A stretch of 64,000 bases of DNA, taken from contig CAWBCR010000013.1 of assembly GCA_963787375.1 (NCBI GenBank), positions 101,654 to 165,653 on the forward strand, written 5' to 3'. The translations under genes and the position numbers were made by a program. The first letter of the stretch is position 1, and the number at the start of each line of letters is the position of its first letter. Source of the DNA: an uncultured Chloroflexia bacterium (GTDB lineage: Bacteria; Chloroflexota; Anaerolineae; Aggregatilineales; UBA3940). The notes under the pieces are model-generated. The model searched no databases. It was not told the origin of the DNA and saw nothing but the letters and a program-made list of their open reading frames with translations. Of this stretch, positions 27,661 through 37,611 are shown piece by piece.

Positions 27661-28689
27661 TTACTTCTCAAGGCTGCGGACGTAGTTGATCACGTCCCAG
27701 CGTTCGTTGACGCTCAGATTCTCGGCGAGGCTGGGCATCAGCCCCCGCCCATCGGTGATCACCTGGAAGATGTCATTGTCGGACATGGCCTTGACTGTGT
27801 CACCGGTCAGGTCAGCCGGCGGCGGTGAGAAGAACGCCGACAGCGATCCGTTGCCCTGGGCCGTGCGGCCATGGCACAGCGCGCAGTCTATACTGAACAG
27901 CACCGCGCCACGCTGGATGGAGTCCTCAGTCGCCGGGAGCGGCTCGCTGGCCGGCTGCCCGGCGATCGTTGCCGGGCCCTGCACCGGCACGGCGTCTACG
28001 GGCGCGGCGAGGCGCGGCCCCTGCTCGGCGGCGGTCGAGAACTGCTCGTCCATCTGGTTGGGCAGCTTAATGGCGATGATCCCATACGTGAACAGCAGCA
28101 CAGCAAGCGCCGGGATGAGCAGCCCCGCGATGATGATCCCCCAGCGGATGACCGGGCCGCTCACGCGGGACGGGGCCTCTTCAATGCGCTGGATGTGGTG
28201 CGATCCGTGGTCGGTGAGGGTGCTCTCCACCGCGTCAAGCTGCGTCTCGTCGACCTGTACCAGCAGGCCGATATGCCCTTCGGTGATGTGCTCGTCGTAG
28301 GCGGATCGTCCGAAGAACGGGAAGCGGCTCTCGGCCAGCAGGCCGGCAAACGTGGCGACGATAGTGCCCATCATCGTCAGCTCGAATACGATGATCAGCG
28401 ACGGCGGAATGGGGATGTATGGCTGCCCGTTGACCACCAGCGGGTATAGCAGCGGCGTGCCCACCGTCAGGAACAGTCCGGTCAGCAGGCCGCCCAACGC
28501 GCCGATCAGCGCGACGGGGACCAGCCGCTCGTACCTCACGGTGCGTCCCAGCATCGACGTGGTATACGGGATGCCGGAGATCACGCTGAGCTTGTCTTCC
28601 GGCACGCCAAGCTGCGTCTCCAGCGCGTCGATGGCGTCGGCGGTCGGCGTGGCCTCGTGGAATAAGCCGAGTATCAGGCGGTCAGACAT
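27661..28689 (-). CDS. Alternative complex III ActD (DUF3341-like) fused to a monoheme cytochrome c (ActE-like)
   Basis: 342 aa. N-terminus MSDRLILGLFHEATPTADAIDAL plus two TM segments fit ActD. The C-terminal domain has CALCH and ...GRGLMPS.... Confidence 0.75.
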   Translation of the reverse strand: MSDRLILGLFHEATPTADAIDALETQLGVPEDKLSVISGIPYTTSMLGRTVRYERLVPVALIGALGGLLTGLFLTVGTPLLYPLVVNGQPYIPIPPSLIIVFELTMMGTIVATFAGLLAESRFPFFGRSAYDEHITEGHIGLLVQVDETQLDAVESTLTDHGSHHIQRIEEAPSRVSGPVIRWGIIIAGLLIPALAVLLFTYGIIAIKLPNQMDEQFSTAAEQGPRLAAPVDAVPVQGPATIAGQPASEPLPATEDSIQRGAVLFSIDCALCHGRTAQGNGSLSAFFSPPPADLTGDTVKAMSDNDIFQVITDGRGLMPSLAENLSVNERWDVINYVRSLEK

Positions 28690-28698
28690 GGTTGCCTC

Positions 28699-30168
28699 CT
28701 ATTCCTCCGGCTCAGAGCGCGTCGGGACCAACTGCTTGCCGACACGCCGCAGGGTCTGCAGAAGCTGACCTTCCTGCACTTCCCACACCGGGATGATCGG
28801 CACGATGCGCGTCAGCAGCAGGTACAGGAAGGCCACCAGGCAGAACGCTCCGGCGGTGATAACCGCCTCCGGCCAGTGCACGATGTAGTGACCCCAGTCG
28901 AACGGCATGTAGTTGGTGCCCAGCGTCACCGCCACGATCAGGAAGCGCTCGATGTACATGCCGACCTGCACGAAAACGCATACGACCAGCAGCACCGGCA
29001 GGTTGACACGCAGCTTCTTCGACCACAGCGTTGCCCACGGAATCAGGATGTTGGAGATCAGCATCAGGAACCACAGCGGCGCAGCCGACCCCTGGGCGAA
29101 CATGTGCAGTATGGTATCTTCTACAGGCTGGCTGCCATACCACGACGTGATGTACTCGGCGAAATAGAAGTAGGTCCACGTCATCGACAACACCAGCAGG
29201 AACTTGGCCATCCCGTCGAAGTGCTCCGGGCGCAGGAAGTACTCCAGGTGCATTGCCTTGCGGATGATGATCAGCACGATGATCACCGCTGCCACGCCGG
29301 AGAACAGCGCGCCGATGACGAAGTACGGGCCGAAGATCGAGCTGTGCCAGCCGGGCTGGAGCGCCATCGCAAAGTCCCACGACACGATGGTGTGCACCGA
29401 GAACATCACCGGGATGATGACAAAGCTGAAAACGTCGAGCGCGGTCTTCTGGTGCGCCCATTCGCGCTCCGTACCACGCCAACCCAGCGCCATCGCCGTG
29501 TACAGCTTGTGCCGCCAGCCCTCGGTGTGATCGCGAGCCATTGCCAGGTCGGGCAGCGCGCCGGTATAGAAGAACACGACGCTGCCCGTCAGGTAGGTGA
29601 AGATGGCCATCATGTCCCAGATCAGCGGCGAGTGGAAGCTGGGCCAGATCTGGCGCTGGTTGAAGAACGGGATCAGCCAGTAGAACTTCCACGTACGGCC
29701 CAGGTGCACCAGCGGGAACAGCGCCGCGGTCGATAGCGCGAACAGCGTCACCGCTTCCGCCGCGCGGCTAATGGGCCGCCGCCACTCGAACTTCAGCACG
29801 CGCAGCGCCGCCGAGATGAACGTGCCGGCGTGCCCGATCCCGATGAAGTAGACGAAGTTGGTGATGTACAGCGCCCATTCGACCGGGCGGTTCAAGCCGG
29901 TGACGCCGATCCCATTGAACATCTGGTAGGTCCAGGTGGCCAGAAAAGCCAGCACGCCGCCGCCCAGCACGAAGAACAGCAGCCAGAACACCGGGCCGGA
30001 CTTTTTCATCGGCGCGAGCACTTCTTGGTTGATATCCCACGGCGGCATCGGGTCGAGCATTAGGTGCCGCTTGCGCTGATCCTCGATTTGTTCCGCCAGC
30101 GCCTCGTCTTCTGGTACGGGCTGCCGCCACAGGGGAATGTCGCTGCTAGTCTCCGACATTGGACGCAC
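28699..30168 (-). CDS. actC: Alternative complex III ActC (NrfD/PsrC-like quinol-interacting membrane subunit)
   Basis: 489 aa, about 10 TM segments, NrfD-like composition. It lies between the Fe-S subunit and ActD. The alternative start is ATG 30159. Confidence 0.8.
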   Translation of the reverse strand: MRPMSETSSDIPLWRQPVPEDEALAEQIEDQRKRHLMLDPMPPWDINQEVLAPMKKSGPVFWLLFFVLGGGVLAFLATWTYQMFNGIGVTGLNRPVEWALYITNFVYFIGIGHAGTFISAALRVLKFEWRRPISRAAEAVTLFALSTAALFPLVHLGRTWKFYWLIPFFNQRQIWPSFHSPLIWDMMAIFTYLTGSVVFFYTGALPDLAMARDHTEGWRHKLYTAMALGWRGTEREWAHQKTALDVFSFVIIPVMFSVHTIVSWDFAMALQPGWHSSIFGPYFVIGALFSGVAAVIIVLIIIRKAMHLEYFLRPEHFDGMAKFLLVLSMTWTYFYFAEYITSWYGSQPVEDTILHMFAQGSAAPLWFLMLISNILIPWATLWSKKLRVNLPVLLVVCVFVQVGMYIERFLIVAVTLGTNYMPFDWGHYIVHWPEAVITAGAFCLVAFLYLLLTRIVPIIPVWEVQEGQLLQTLRRVGKQLVPTRSEPEE

Positions 30169-30901
30169 TGCCTTTCAGATAGTAGACCGATGGCTCGGTG
30201 CCCAGCTCCTCAAGCAATCTGAACTGCCTGGGGCTTTGCCCAACCATCTTGGAGACCTTACTGTTAGGGTCGTACGTGTCGCCGAAGTTCAGCGCGCTGG
30301 TCGGACAGGCCTGCACGCACGCCGGCACGACCTCGCCGTCTTGCAGGGTATAGTTCCCGACCAGCGCCTCTTCTTCCTTGCGCCGGATGCGCTGCACACA
30401 GAACGTGCACTTCTCCATCACGCCCGCGCTGCGCACCGTCACGTCAGGATTGAGCTGCTCGGTCAGCGCCCCGTCAAACTCCGGATCGAAGAAATTGAAG
30501 AAGCGAACCTTGTACGGGCAGTTGTTGGCGCAGTAGCGGGTGCCCACGCAGCGCTGGTAGGCCTGGATGTTGAGGTGCTCGCGCTCGCTGTGGTAGGTGG
30601 CATACACCGGGCACACCGATTCGCAGGGCGCGTTGCCGCACTGCTGGCACATCACCGGCGTGAAACGCGCCTTGACGTTGGGGTATTCGCCCTCCCAGTA
30701 GCGTTCGATGCGGATCCAGTGCTGGCCACGCCCGCGCGTGACCTCCTCCTCACTGACGATCGGGACGTTGTTCTCGGCGTGGCAGGCCACCACGCACGCG
30801 CTGCACCCCGTGCACTTGTCCAGGTCGATGACCATCGTCCATTTGTGTTCCGGTAACTGCGCTTGCTGCTGAATCTCGTTGATCGGAATGACGTTTTCCA
30901 C
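30146..30901 (-). CDS. Alternative complex III ActB2-like 4Fe-4S subunit (separate gene)
   Basis: Cys clusters CTGCSACVVACH, CQQCGNAPCESVCP, CVGTRYCANNCP and CTFCVQR. The proposed GTG start at 30901 lies 10 nt after GAGAGGAG and downstream of the ActB1 stop. The longer track ORF to 31051 would overlap ActB1. Confidence 0.7.
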   Translation of the reverse strand: MENVIPINEIQQQAQLPEHKWTMVIDLDKCTGCSACVVACHAENNVPIVSEEEVTRGRGQHWIRIERYWEGEYPNVKARFTPVMCQQCGNAPCESVCPVYATYHSEREHLNIQAYQRCVGTRYCANNCPYKVRFFNFFDPEFDGALTEQLNPDVTVRSAGVMEKCTFCVQRIRRKEEEALVGNYTLQDGEVVPACVQACPTSALNFGDTYDPNSKVSKMVGQSPRQFRLLEELGTEPSVYYLKGSASNVGD

Positions 30902-30936
30902 GATGTCGCTGCTCCTCTCGCCGGCGATAGCGCGCT

Positions 30937-33135
30937 TCAGCCGTTGCGATGCTGCCACTGATAGCCTTCGTTGACGCCCGCTGTGTTCTCGAACACAGCA
31001 AGCTGGACTTTCCTGCCGGTCTTCTCGACCTTCACCCGCACGCCCGTCCAACCGCCGCTGTCTGAATGGAACGGCTGTAAGTTGACCAGGTTCAGCGGGT
31101 TCGCGCCGCGCTGCACCGCGTAGCGCCCGTAGTCGGTGTGACCCTGCCCCAGCGGCAGCGCGACCGTGTCGGGCCGGATGGCCGGGAACACGTACACCGG
31201 CGCTTCGACCTCACCGTGCGGCGAGGTGATGCGCACCACGTCGCCGGCAATCACGCCGAGGATCGCCGCCGTCTGCGGGTTCAGCTCGACCCAGGTCTGC
31301 CACGAGATGGTCGTCATTGGGTCAGGCGAGCCTTGCAGCCAGGTCTGGTTGGCCCCACGCCCGTCGCTTAGCAGGTCGGAGAGATACAGGTGCAGATAAT
31401 AGGGATACTCACCCGGATCGCCCTCGAACTGCGGCAATGGCATCTCGACCGCCGCCGGGGCTGCCGGCTGCGGGGCTGTCCCCTCGCCGGGCGAGGCCGG
31501 CCACCAGCCGCCATGCTGCCGGAAGCGCGACCACAGCACTTCCGCGCCCGATCCGCCTGCCGCGCCGGGCGGCAGCTTGGTGATCGTCTCTTTGAGGAAA
31601 GCCACCTCGTCGTTCCAGGGCAGCGCCGTCGCTACCGCCGGGATGCCGCGCGCGACGGTCAGCAGCACGTCGCCGGTTGAGCGCGCGTCGAACTGCGCCT
31701 TGACGACCGGCTGCTGGCTGCTGACGATGGCTTCGCCAAACCCCGGCGCAACGACCTCGTAGCCCCACGATTTAAGGTAGGTGCGGTCGGGCAGGATCAG
31801 GTCGGCCTGCTGCGCCGTCTCGTCGACCACCGGGCTGAAGGACACTACAAGCGGCACGCTCTTGATGGCCTCGTCGAGCCCGGCGCTGGCCGGCAGGTCG
31901 AAGATGGGGTTCGCGCCGTGCACCAGCAGCGTCTTGATCTCGCCGCCCTTCATCTTAGTGATCAGCGCCTTCACGTCCTCCAGCGAGGACGTGTCGCGCC
32001 GGACCAGCGCCGGGAGCGGCGGCAGCGGCGACAGCCGCAGCCCATCAATGCCCGCGATCACGTTCAGCGCCTGCATGGCGTTCAGCGGCTCGCTGGGCAG
32101 GTCACCGCCGCCGGCGGTGCTGCCAGGGATGGCGACCGGTTTACCGGCAGTGGCGAAGACGCGGGCCAACTCCGTCAGGTCGCTGACCGGCACGTCGATA
32201 GTCTGCGCAATCGTGTTCACGTCAACGCCGGCGGCGAGCGCTTGCGCGCGCTGCACCCGCTCGGCGGAGCCGAACGCGTTGTCGGCGATCAACTGGACGA
32301 GCGCCTGCGCGGCCAGCCCCTCAGTGCCGGGCACAATCGGCACCCACTGGTCGGCGGTGGCAGCGGTGATCGACATACGCGGCTCAAGCTGGATCAGGTA
32401 GCCGCGCTTGCCCAGCGGCTGCGTGCGGAAATCGCCCAGCTCGACGCCATAGCGTGTGGACGACAGCCACGTGCCCAGGAAGTTCGCGCCGAACGACAGG
32501 ATCACGTCGGCCTGGCTCAACTCGTAGGCCGGCAGCGCGTCCTGAGCGAACAGGGCGGCGTCGGCGCTTTGCAGCGCGTGGTAGCCATGAAAAGCGGTGT
32601 ATAGATCGTAGACGACCGGATCGGGCGCGCCGACTGCTTTGGTGAAGCGCCGGAACAGGTCGACCAGGTGGCCCGACGTCGTCGAGCCCAGCCACACGGC
32701 GAGGCTGCTACCGGCCCCGTTCACGCCGTCGTACAGCCGGTTGAGCGCCTCGTTCCATTCCAGCGGCGCAAACTGGCGGCTGCCGCGCACGTCCTGCCGG
32801 ACGGCTCCCGGCAGCCGGTCGGGGTCATACAGCACCTGCAGGCCAGCCTGCCCGCGCGCGCACAGCTTGCCCTGGTTCAGCGGGTGCTCGGGATTGCCCT
32901 CAATCTTGACCGCGCGCCCATTCATAATGCGTACCACGATCCCGCAGCCCGCCGGGCACTGTCGGCAGGTGCTGGCGTACCATGTCGCCTGGCCGGTCAC
33001 CTGTTCCTCCGGCGGCGTGACGTAGGGCTCAAGCGTCACCCAGCGGCGAGGCTGCTGGCAGCCTGCCAGGATGGTGCCGGCGGTGCCGGCGATGCCCAGC
33101 TTGATGAACCCGCGTCGTGAGATCCGTTTGGTCAT
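30937..33135 (-). CDS. Alternative complex III ActB1-like molybdopterin-oxidoreductase-family subunit, Tat-exported
   Basis: 732 aa. Twin-arginine signal MTKRISRRGFIKLGIAG. N-terminal Cys cluster CRQCPAGCG...C. MopB-family layout. Confidence 0.8.
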   Translation of the reverse strand: MTKRISRRGFIKLGIAGTAGTILAGCQQPRRWVTLEPYVTPPEEQVTGQATWYASTCRQCPAGCGIVVRIMNGRAVKIEGNPEHPLNQGKLCARGQAGLQVLYDPDRLPGAVRQDVRGSRQFAPLEWNEALNRLYDGVNGAGSSLAVWLGSTTSGHLVDLFRRFTKAVGAPDPVVYDLYTAFHGYHALQSADAALFAQDALPAYELSQADVILSFGANFLGTWLSSTRYGVELGDFRTQPLGKRGYLIQLEPRMSITAATADQWVPIVPGTEGLAAQALVQLIADNAFGSAERVQRAQALAAGVDVNTIAQTIDVPVSDLTELARVFATAGKPVAIPGSTAGGGDLPSEPLNAMQALNVIAGIDGLRLSPLPPLPALVRRDTSSLEDVKALITKMKGGEIKTLLVHGANPIFDLPASAGLDEAIKSVPLVVSFSPVVDETAQQADLILPDRTYLKSWGYEVVAPGFGEAIVSSQQPVVKAQFDARSTGDVLLTVARGIPAVATALPWNDEVAFLKETITKLPPGAAGGSGAEVLWSRFRQHGGWWPASPGEGTAPQPAAPAAVEMPLPQFEGDPGEYPYYLHLYLSDLLSDGRGANQTWLQGSPDPMTTISWQTWVELNPQTAAILGVIAGDVVRITSPHGEVEAPVYVFPAIRPDTVALPLGQGHTDYGRYAVQRGANPLNLVNLQPFHSDSGGWTGVRVKVEKTGRKVQLAVFENTAGVNEGYQWQHRNG

Positions 33136-33144
33136 GCTGGCCTC

Positions 33145-33678
33145 CTACTGGTGACAGACGATGCAGTCCATCAACTGCTGGTGGTTAGGCTGCTTCTCGT
33201 GACAGTCGAGGCACCATCCCATGTTCATGTCGACGACCTGCTGGGTGACTTCCATGTGGGCCACGTCGCCGTGGCATTGCTCACAGTTGAGGCCGCCGTT
33301 CACGACGTGCACTTCGTGGCTGAAGTAGACGTAGCGCGGCAGCGTGTAGACACGCACCCACGGGATCGGCTGCTGGTTCTGCCAGTACGCGGCCAGCTTT
33401 TGCACCTCAGTGTTGGTAGGCCTGATGACTCTGTGGCAGCCCATACACTTCTCAACGGTGGGCATACCGGCCATCGCCGAACGGGTGGCGTCGGCGTGAC
33501 AGTAAAGGCACGGCACGCCTGAGCCAACCATTGCCTTGTGGCTGAACTCAATCGGCTGCACCGGCGCTGGCGGCTGCTTAGGGGTGAGCACAAAGATCGC
33601 ACCCACCGAGACGATCAGCACCACGGCTACCCCGGCGATCCATCGCCAGATGCGAGGAATTCTTGCTAAGAGACGCAT
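33145..33678 (-). CDS. actA: Alternative complex III ActA, pentaheme c-type cytochrome
   Basis: 177 aa with an N-terminal anchor and five CxxCH motifs (CLYCH, CMGCH, CEQCH, CLDCH, CIVCH). It is the first gene of the operon. Confidence 0.8.
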   Translation of the reverse strand: MRLLARIPRIWRWIAGVAVVLIVSVGAIFVLTPKQPPAPVQPIEFSHKAMVGSGVPCLYCHADATRSAMAGMPTVEKCMGCHRVIRPTNTEVQKLAAYWQNQQPIPWVRVYTLPRYVYFSHEVHVVNGGLNCEQCHGDVAHMEVTQQVVDMNMGWCLDCHEKQPNHQQLMDCIVCHQ

Positions 33679-34430
33679 TTCGTCACCTTTCTGTCATCCG
33701 CACGCTTGCTCCGGGTGTGACGGTCCGACGTCGACAAACAAGGCGGCGGGCTCTGGCCGCGTTCGGCCCGGAAACCGCCAGCCTATGCGCTGCGTGCAAG
33801 GCTGTCCAGCGGGGCGTCGCGCGGCTCAAATAGCCGTGGCCGCCGGGCAGAATCTGCCTGACCTGCGCCAAGGTAATGGATTCCATTCTACATGAATAAC
33901 AACTCAAGACAAGCGGCCCTGGGATAGTCGTCGCTCGGACAAGTCGACTCTCGCGATCCCGACATATGCAGCCCAGTTTAAGGGTTGAGACGCGCACCGG
34001 TCCTTAAGCTGAGCTAACGGCGAGCTTAGGAAAAGCCCGATCCTGCAAACAGTATCGCGGCTGCTGGCCTGACCTTATATCGATGGCTGCCGATTTTGAA
34101 ATAGAGGCGATCTGCCGTCGCTTCTCACGTTACACGCAATCTGGCTGCTGTGCTGACAGATCGAACTCTCTCCACTTTATTGATGATAATCGGCTCGCGA
34201 GTCGAAATGCAACAGACTTTGCAAGATTAGTCTATCATAGCATAATTCTGGCCTGCGGCAGCTTTGCGGTGTGGGCAACTGTCATGATGATCCTCCAATG
34301 GGGCAATGATGCGACGTATTATTGTCATGGTCCTCGCGCAATGCGCTCCCGGCGTTCCCGGCCCGATTGACGTTCCAGCCGGTGTCTCTTACACTCGGAT
34401 TGAGACCCTGAACCATCCAGGAGGAACATA

Positions 34431-34830
34431 ATGCAGCGGCTTACCGTCGAAACACGTCAGGGCAGGCAGGTCGTCGATATCACCGGGCAGCTTGAACGGC
34501 TGATCGGGCAGAACGGCATGCAGCGCGGGCTGTGCAGCGCCACGATCCTGCATACCACCGCCGCGCTGACGACCGCCGACCTCGATCCCGGCACCGACCT
34601 CGACATGCTCGACGCCTTCAGCGGCATGCTGCCCGACATCCGCTACCGGCACCCGCACAACCCGGCCCACACGCCCGACCACATCCTGGCCTCGCTGCTG
34701 GGCCCGACCGTCACGCTGCCGGTCGAACTCGGGCCGGCTGGTGCTGGGCACGTGGCAGCGCGTCGTCCTGTTCGAGTTCAACGGGCCGCGCTCGCGCAGC
34801 ATCGTGGTGACGTTTATCCCCGAGCCGTAG
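34431..34830 (+). pseudogene. YjbQ/UPF0047-family protein (secondary thiamine-phosphate synthase type), one frame disruption as assembled
   Basis: MQRLTVETRQGRQVVDITGQLERL...ILHTTAALT...HILASLLGPTVTLPVELG. The sensible C-terminus RLVLGTWQRVVLFEFNGPRSRSIVVTFIPEP is in the +1 frame from about 34733, where an extra C appears in GGGCCGG. RBS AGGAGGAA. Confidence 0.75.
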
Positions 34831-34882
34831 CGTCTCACCCCGCCGCGAATCTTCACGCTTGTGAGCGCGGGCTGCCAGCGTG

Positions 34883-34926
34883 TTGACAGCCCGCAAATTG
34901 ATGTTATACAATACTAACGCGTGTTA
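34883..34926 (+). promoter_or_regulatory. Candidate sigma-70-type promoter (TTGACA-N18-TACAAT) with overlapping LacI-type operator TAACGCGTGTTA
   Basis: TTGACA at 34883-34888 and TACAAT at 34907-34912. The 12-bp palindrome with one mismatch at 34915-34926 sits at the expected transcription start. GCGTGTTAC is repeated directly at 34918 and 34931. Confidence 0.4.
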
Positions 34927-34971
34927 CTGTCGCGTGTTACTTGCCATTTGTTTCACAACCAGGAGCAGTTT

Positions 34972-36021
34972 TTGACAGCCAAGCGGGTGACAATGCGCCA
35001 GATCGCCGAGACGGCTGGTGTGTCACGCACAACTGTTTCCTTCGTTCTGAACAACGTGCCAGGCATCAACATCAGCGATGAAACTCGCCAGCGCATCCTC
35101 GAAACGGCACGCCAACTGAGTTACATCCCGGACTCCGCAGCGCGGAGCCTGGCCAGCGGTCGAGCGGGGGCGGTGGCGCTGGTGCTGCGCCAGAGCGCGC
35201 ACCAGGTGATCAGCGATGCCTTTCTGGCTCCGGTCGTCCAGGGCGTCGCAGCAGCAGTTAAGGATTACGGCTGTCACGTGTTGATCGAGCCGCTTGATCC
35301 AGCCGACATCAACGGGTCGTATGGCGACCTCGTCCGCAGCAGGCGCGCCGATGGTATTCTGATGTCTGGGCCCCGGCTGGATGACAGCGAGCTTGCACGC
35401 ATCGCCGCCGAGAATATCCCCGTGGTGATGATCGGCCAGCTTCCCGGCAGCAACATCCCCTTTGTCGATATCGACAACGTTCAGTGCGCGCGCACGGCCG
35501 TCGAGCACCTGCTGTCGCTGGGCCATCGACGTATCGCGTGCATCACCAACGCGGCGCTGGCCTACACCGCCAGCCGCGACCGCCTGGAAGGCTACCGGCA
35601 GGCCATCGAAGCCGCCGGCATCTCCTACACACAGTCGCTTGTCCGCTATGGCGATTTCACCGACGAAAGCGGCGAGCGGGCGATGGCCGATCTGCTTGAG
35701 CGCGCCAATCCCCGCCCTACGGCGGTCTTTGTGGCCAGCGACGTCGTCGCGCTGGGCGCGCTGAACGCCATACGCGCCGCCGGCCTGTGCATCCCTGACG
35801 ACATCGCACTGGTCGGCTTCGACGATATCCCGCTGGCCCAGTACGTCGACCCGCCGCTGACGACCATTCGACAGCCCGCATACGCCATCGGCTGGGGAGC
35901 CGGCCAGATGCTGGCTCGCCTGATCGCCGATCGCGGTGACGTACAGGACACGGCTATTCTGCTGGACACCGAGCTTGTCGTACGCAAATCATGTGGCGCA
36001 TGGCGTGATGACAGGCCGTGA
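34972..36021 (+). CDS. LacI-family transcriptional regulator
   Basis: HTH VTMRQIAETAGVSRTTVSFVLNN followed by a periplasmic-binding-protein-like effector domain. The proposed TTG start at 34972 lies 6 nt after AGGAG; the alternative ATG is at 34993. Confidence 0.8.
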   Translation: MTAKRVTMRQIAETAGVSRTTVSFVLNNVPGINISDETRQRILETARQLSYIPDSAARSLASGRAGAVALVLRQSAHQVISDAFLAPVVQGVAAAVKDYGCHVLIEPLDPADINGSYGDLVRSRRADGILMSGPRLDDSELARIAAENIPVVMIGQLPGSNIPFVDIDNVQCARTAVEHLLSLGHRRIACITNAALAYTASRDRLEGYRQAIEAAGISYTQSLVRYGDFTDESGERAMADLLERANPRPTAVFVASDVVALGALNAIRAAGLCIPDDIALVGFDDIPLAQYVDPPLTTIRQPAYAIGWGAGQMLARLIADRGDVQDTAILLDTELVVRKSCGAWRDDRP

Positions 36022-36141
36022 ACTTCACTCGTTCGAGCATAAAGAGGAGGAGGTGCTGAAGCGACCGATGAAAGAGAAGAGGAAGACGGGTGGTGTCACC
36101 CATAACGTGTTCTACATTAACCTTACTTGGAGGAGAAGTAA

Positions 36142-37458
36142 ATGAAACGCAATAAGTGGTGGCTTGCAATCAGTCTCGCACTGATCACTGCGCTGGCCCT
36201 CTCGGCCTGCGCACCGGCAACCCCTGCCGCGACTACCGCCCCCGAAGCGACGATGGCCCCCGCAACGGGTGGCATCGACTGCATGGGCGCTCAGAGCGGC
36301 GACACGATCTCAATGCTCTACCAGTGGTCGGGCACTGAAGAAGAGAATCTGAACAAGATCCTCCAGCCGCTGGTGGATGCCTGCGGCATCGTTCTGCAGC
36401 CCGAATCAACGCGTGACCAGGCCCTGCTTGACACGCGCGTTCAGGCCGGCACGCCGCCGGACATCGCCTTCTGGAATGTCACCCAGCTCACACAGTACCA
36501 GGACAAGCTGGTCGCGATGACCGACCTGGGCGTCAACGCCGCCAACTATGCCAGCTACTGGCAGACGATTGGCACGGTCAACGGCAAGTGGCTTGGCCTG
36601 CCGGTCAAGGCCGACCCCAAGACGCTGATCTGGTACAACCCGGCCAACTTCACATCAGCCGGTTATGCCGTCCCAACCACCTGGGATGAGCTGAACACGC
36701 TGGTCGAGAAGATGGTTGCCGACGGCAACGTGCCGTGGTCGATGGGCTTCGAGTCAGGTGACGCCACCGGCTGGACGGGCACGGACTTCATCCAGGATAT
36801 CCTCCTGGTGACCCAGGGCCCCGACTACGTGAACGGTATCATCGACGGCTCGGTACCCTACGATGATCCGGGCGTTAAAGCGGCGTACCAGATCTACGGC
36901 AAGTGGGCGATGGACCCGAAGTACACGGTGGGCGGCGCGCAGGGCACGCTCTCGACGGCCTTCGGTGACGCGCTCCTCCAGCCTTTCTCCGATCCGCCGC
37001 AGTCCTACATGGTCAAGCAGTCCGGCTTCGCCGGCGGCGCGATCGCGGCGCAGTACCCCGACCTGAAATACGGCACGGACTACGACTTCTTCGGCGTGCC
37101 AGGCGCGCAGGGCCTGCAGGGCGGCTCTGACTGGATGATGTCCTTCAGCGACAGCAACGCAGTGAAGGCGCTGGTCGCCTACCTGTCGAGCGATGCTGGC
37201 GGGCAGAAATGGGCTGAAGTCGGCTTCGACCTGACTCCCAACAGCGCGGGCACGAGCGCATACACCGACCCGGCGCTCCTCAAGAAGGCGCAGATCCTGG
37301 CCAACGCTCAGGGCTTCACACCTGACATCGGCGACTCCATCCCCGGCGGTTTCGGCTCAGCCGAATTCAAGGGGATCACCGACTTCGTCGGTGGCGCGGA
37401 CCTCGATACGGTCCTGGCCCAGATCGCGGCGGCTCAGAAGGCCGGTCTCGGCCAATAG
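36142..37458 (+). CDS. Sugar ABC transporter substrate-binding lipoprotein (family 1 SBP)
   Basis: 438 aa. RBS GGAGGAG. Lipobox LALSAC. Typical maltose/trehalose-type SBP composition. Confidence 0.8.
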   Translation: MKRNKWWLAISLALITALALSACAPATPAATTAPEATMAPATGGIDCMGAQSGDTISMLYQWSGTEEENLNKILQPLVDACGIVLQPESTRDQALLDTRVQAGTPPDIAFWNVTQLTQYQDKLVAMTDLGVNAANYASYWQTIGTVNGKWLGLPVKADPKTLIWYNPANFTSAGYAVPTTWDELNTLVEKMVADGNVPWSMGFESGDATGWTGTDFIQDILLVTQGPDYVNGIIDGSVPYDDPGVKAAYQIYGKWAMDPKYTVGGAQGTLSTAFGDALLQPFSDPPQSYMVKQSGFAGGAIAAQYPDLKYGTDYDFFGVPGAQGLQGGSDWMMSFSDSNAVKALVAYLSSDAGGQKWAEVGFDLTPNSAGTSAYTDPALLKKAQILANAQGFTPDIGDSIPGGFGSAEFKGITDFVGGADLDTVLAQIAAAQKAGLGQ

Positions 37459-37477
37459 TCTTTCGCATGCTATGGCT

Positions 37478-37507
37478 GTGGGGGCGCTCCGCAAGGGGCG
37501 TCCCCAC
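37478..37507 (+). other. Intercistronic stem-loop after the SBP gene
   Basis: GTGGGGGCGC (37478-37487) pairs with GCGTCCCCAC (37498-37507), including one G-U pair. This is the common position for an mRNA-stabilising or attenuating hairpin in ABC operons. Confidence 0.4.
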
Positions 37508-37611
37508 GCTCTGATCATCGCGGGAGTTTGCCCACGAACCCCGCCCGACCCCCTGTTGAGCAGAGTGCGCCCGTTCAGCCGCCCGGCTGGCGGCGCGCGG
37601 AGGAGGAGGGT

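Noticed and set aside
26398-27828. 476-aa plus-strand ORF across the DinB/cytochrome region
   Set aside because: It is antisense to heme-motif-bearing genes and spans an intergenic terminator, and it shows no motifs.
30902-31051. N-terminal extension of the ActB2 ORF
   Set aside because: It would overlap the ActB1 3' end by 115 bp. A GTG with a GAGAGGAG Shine-Dalgarno immediately after the ActB1 stop is a better start.
34083-34370. 95-aa ORF in the lower-GC intergenic region upstream of yjbQ
   Set aside because: No ribosome-binding site, atypical composition and codon usage for this genome, and no motif. The region is more likely regulatory or non-coding.
34381-34428. TPP-riboswitch-like fragments (UUGAGA, CCCUGAACC, AUCCAGG) just upstream of yjbQ
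   Set aside because: The stretch is too short. It lacks the conserved pyrimidine-sensing arm (AUAAUGCCAGCG-type segment) and a plausible P1 stem, and the final part is simply the AGGAGGAA Shine-Dalgarno.
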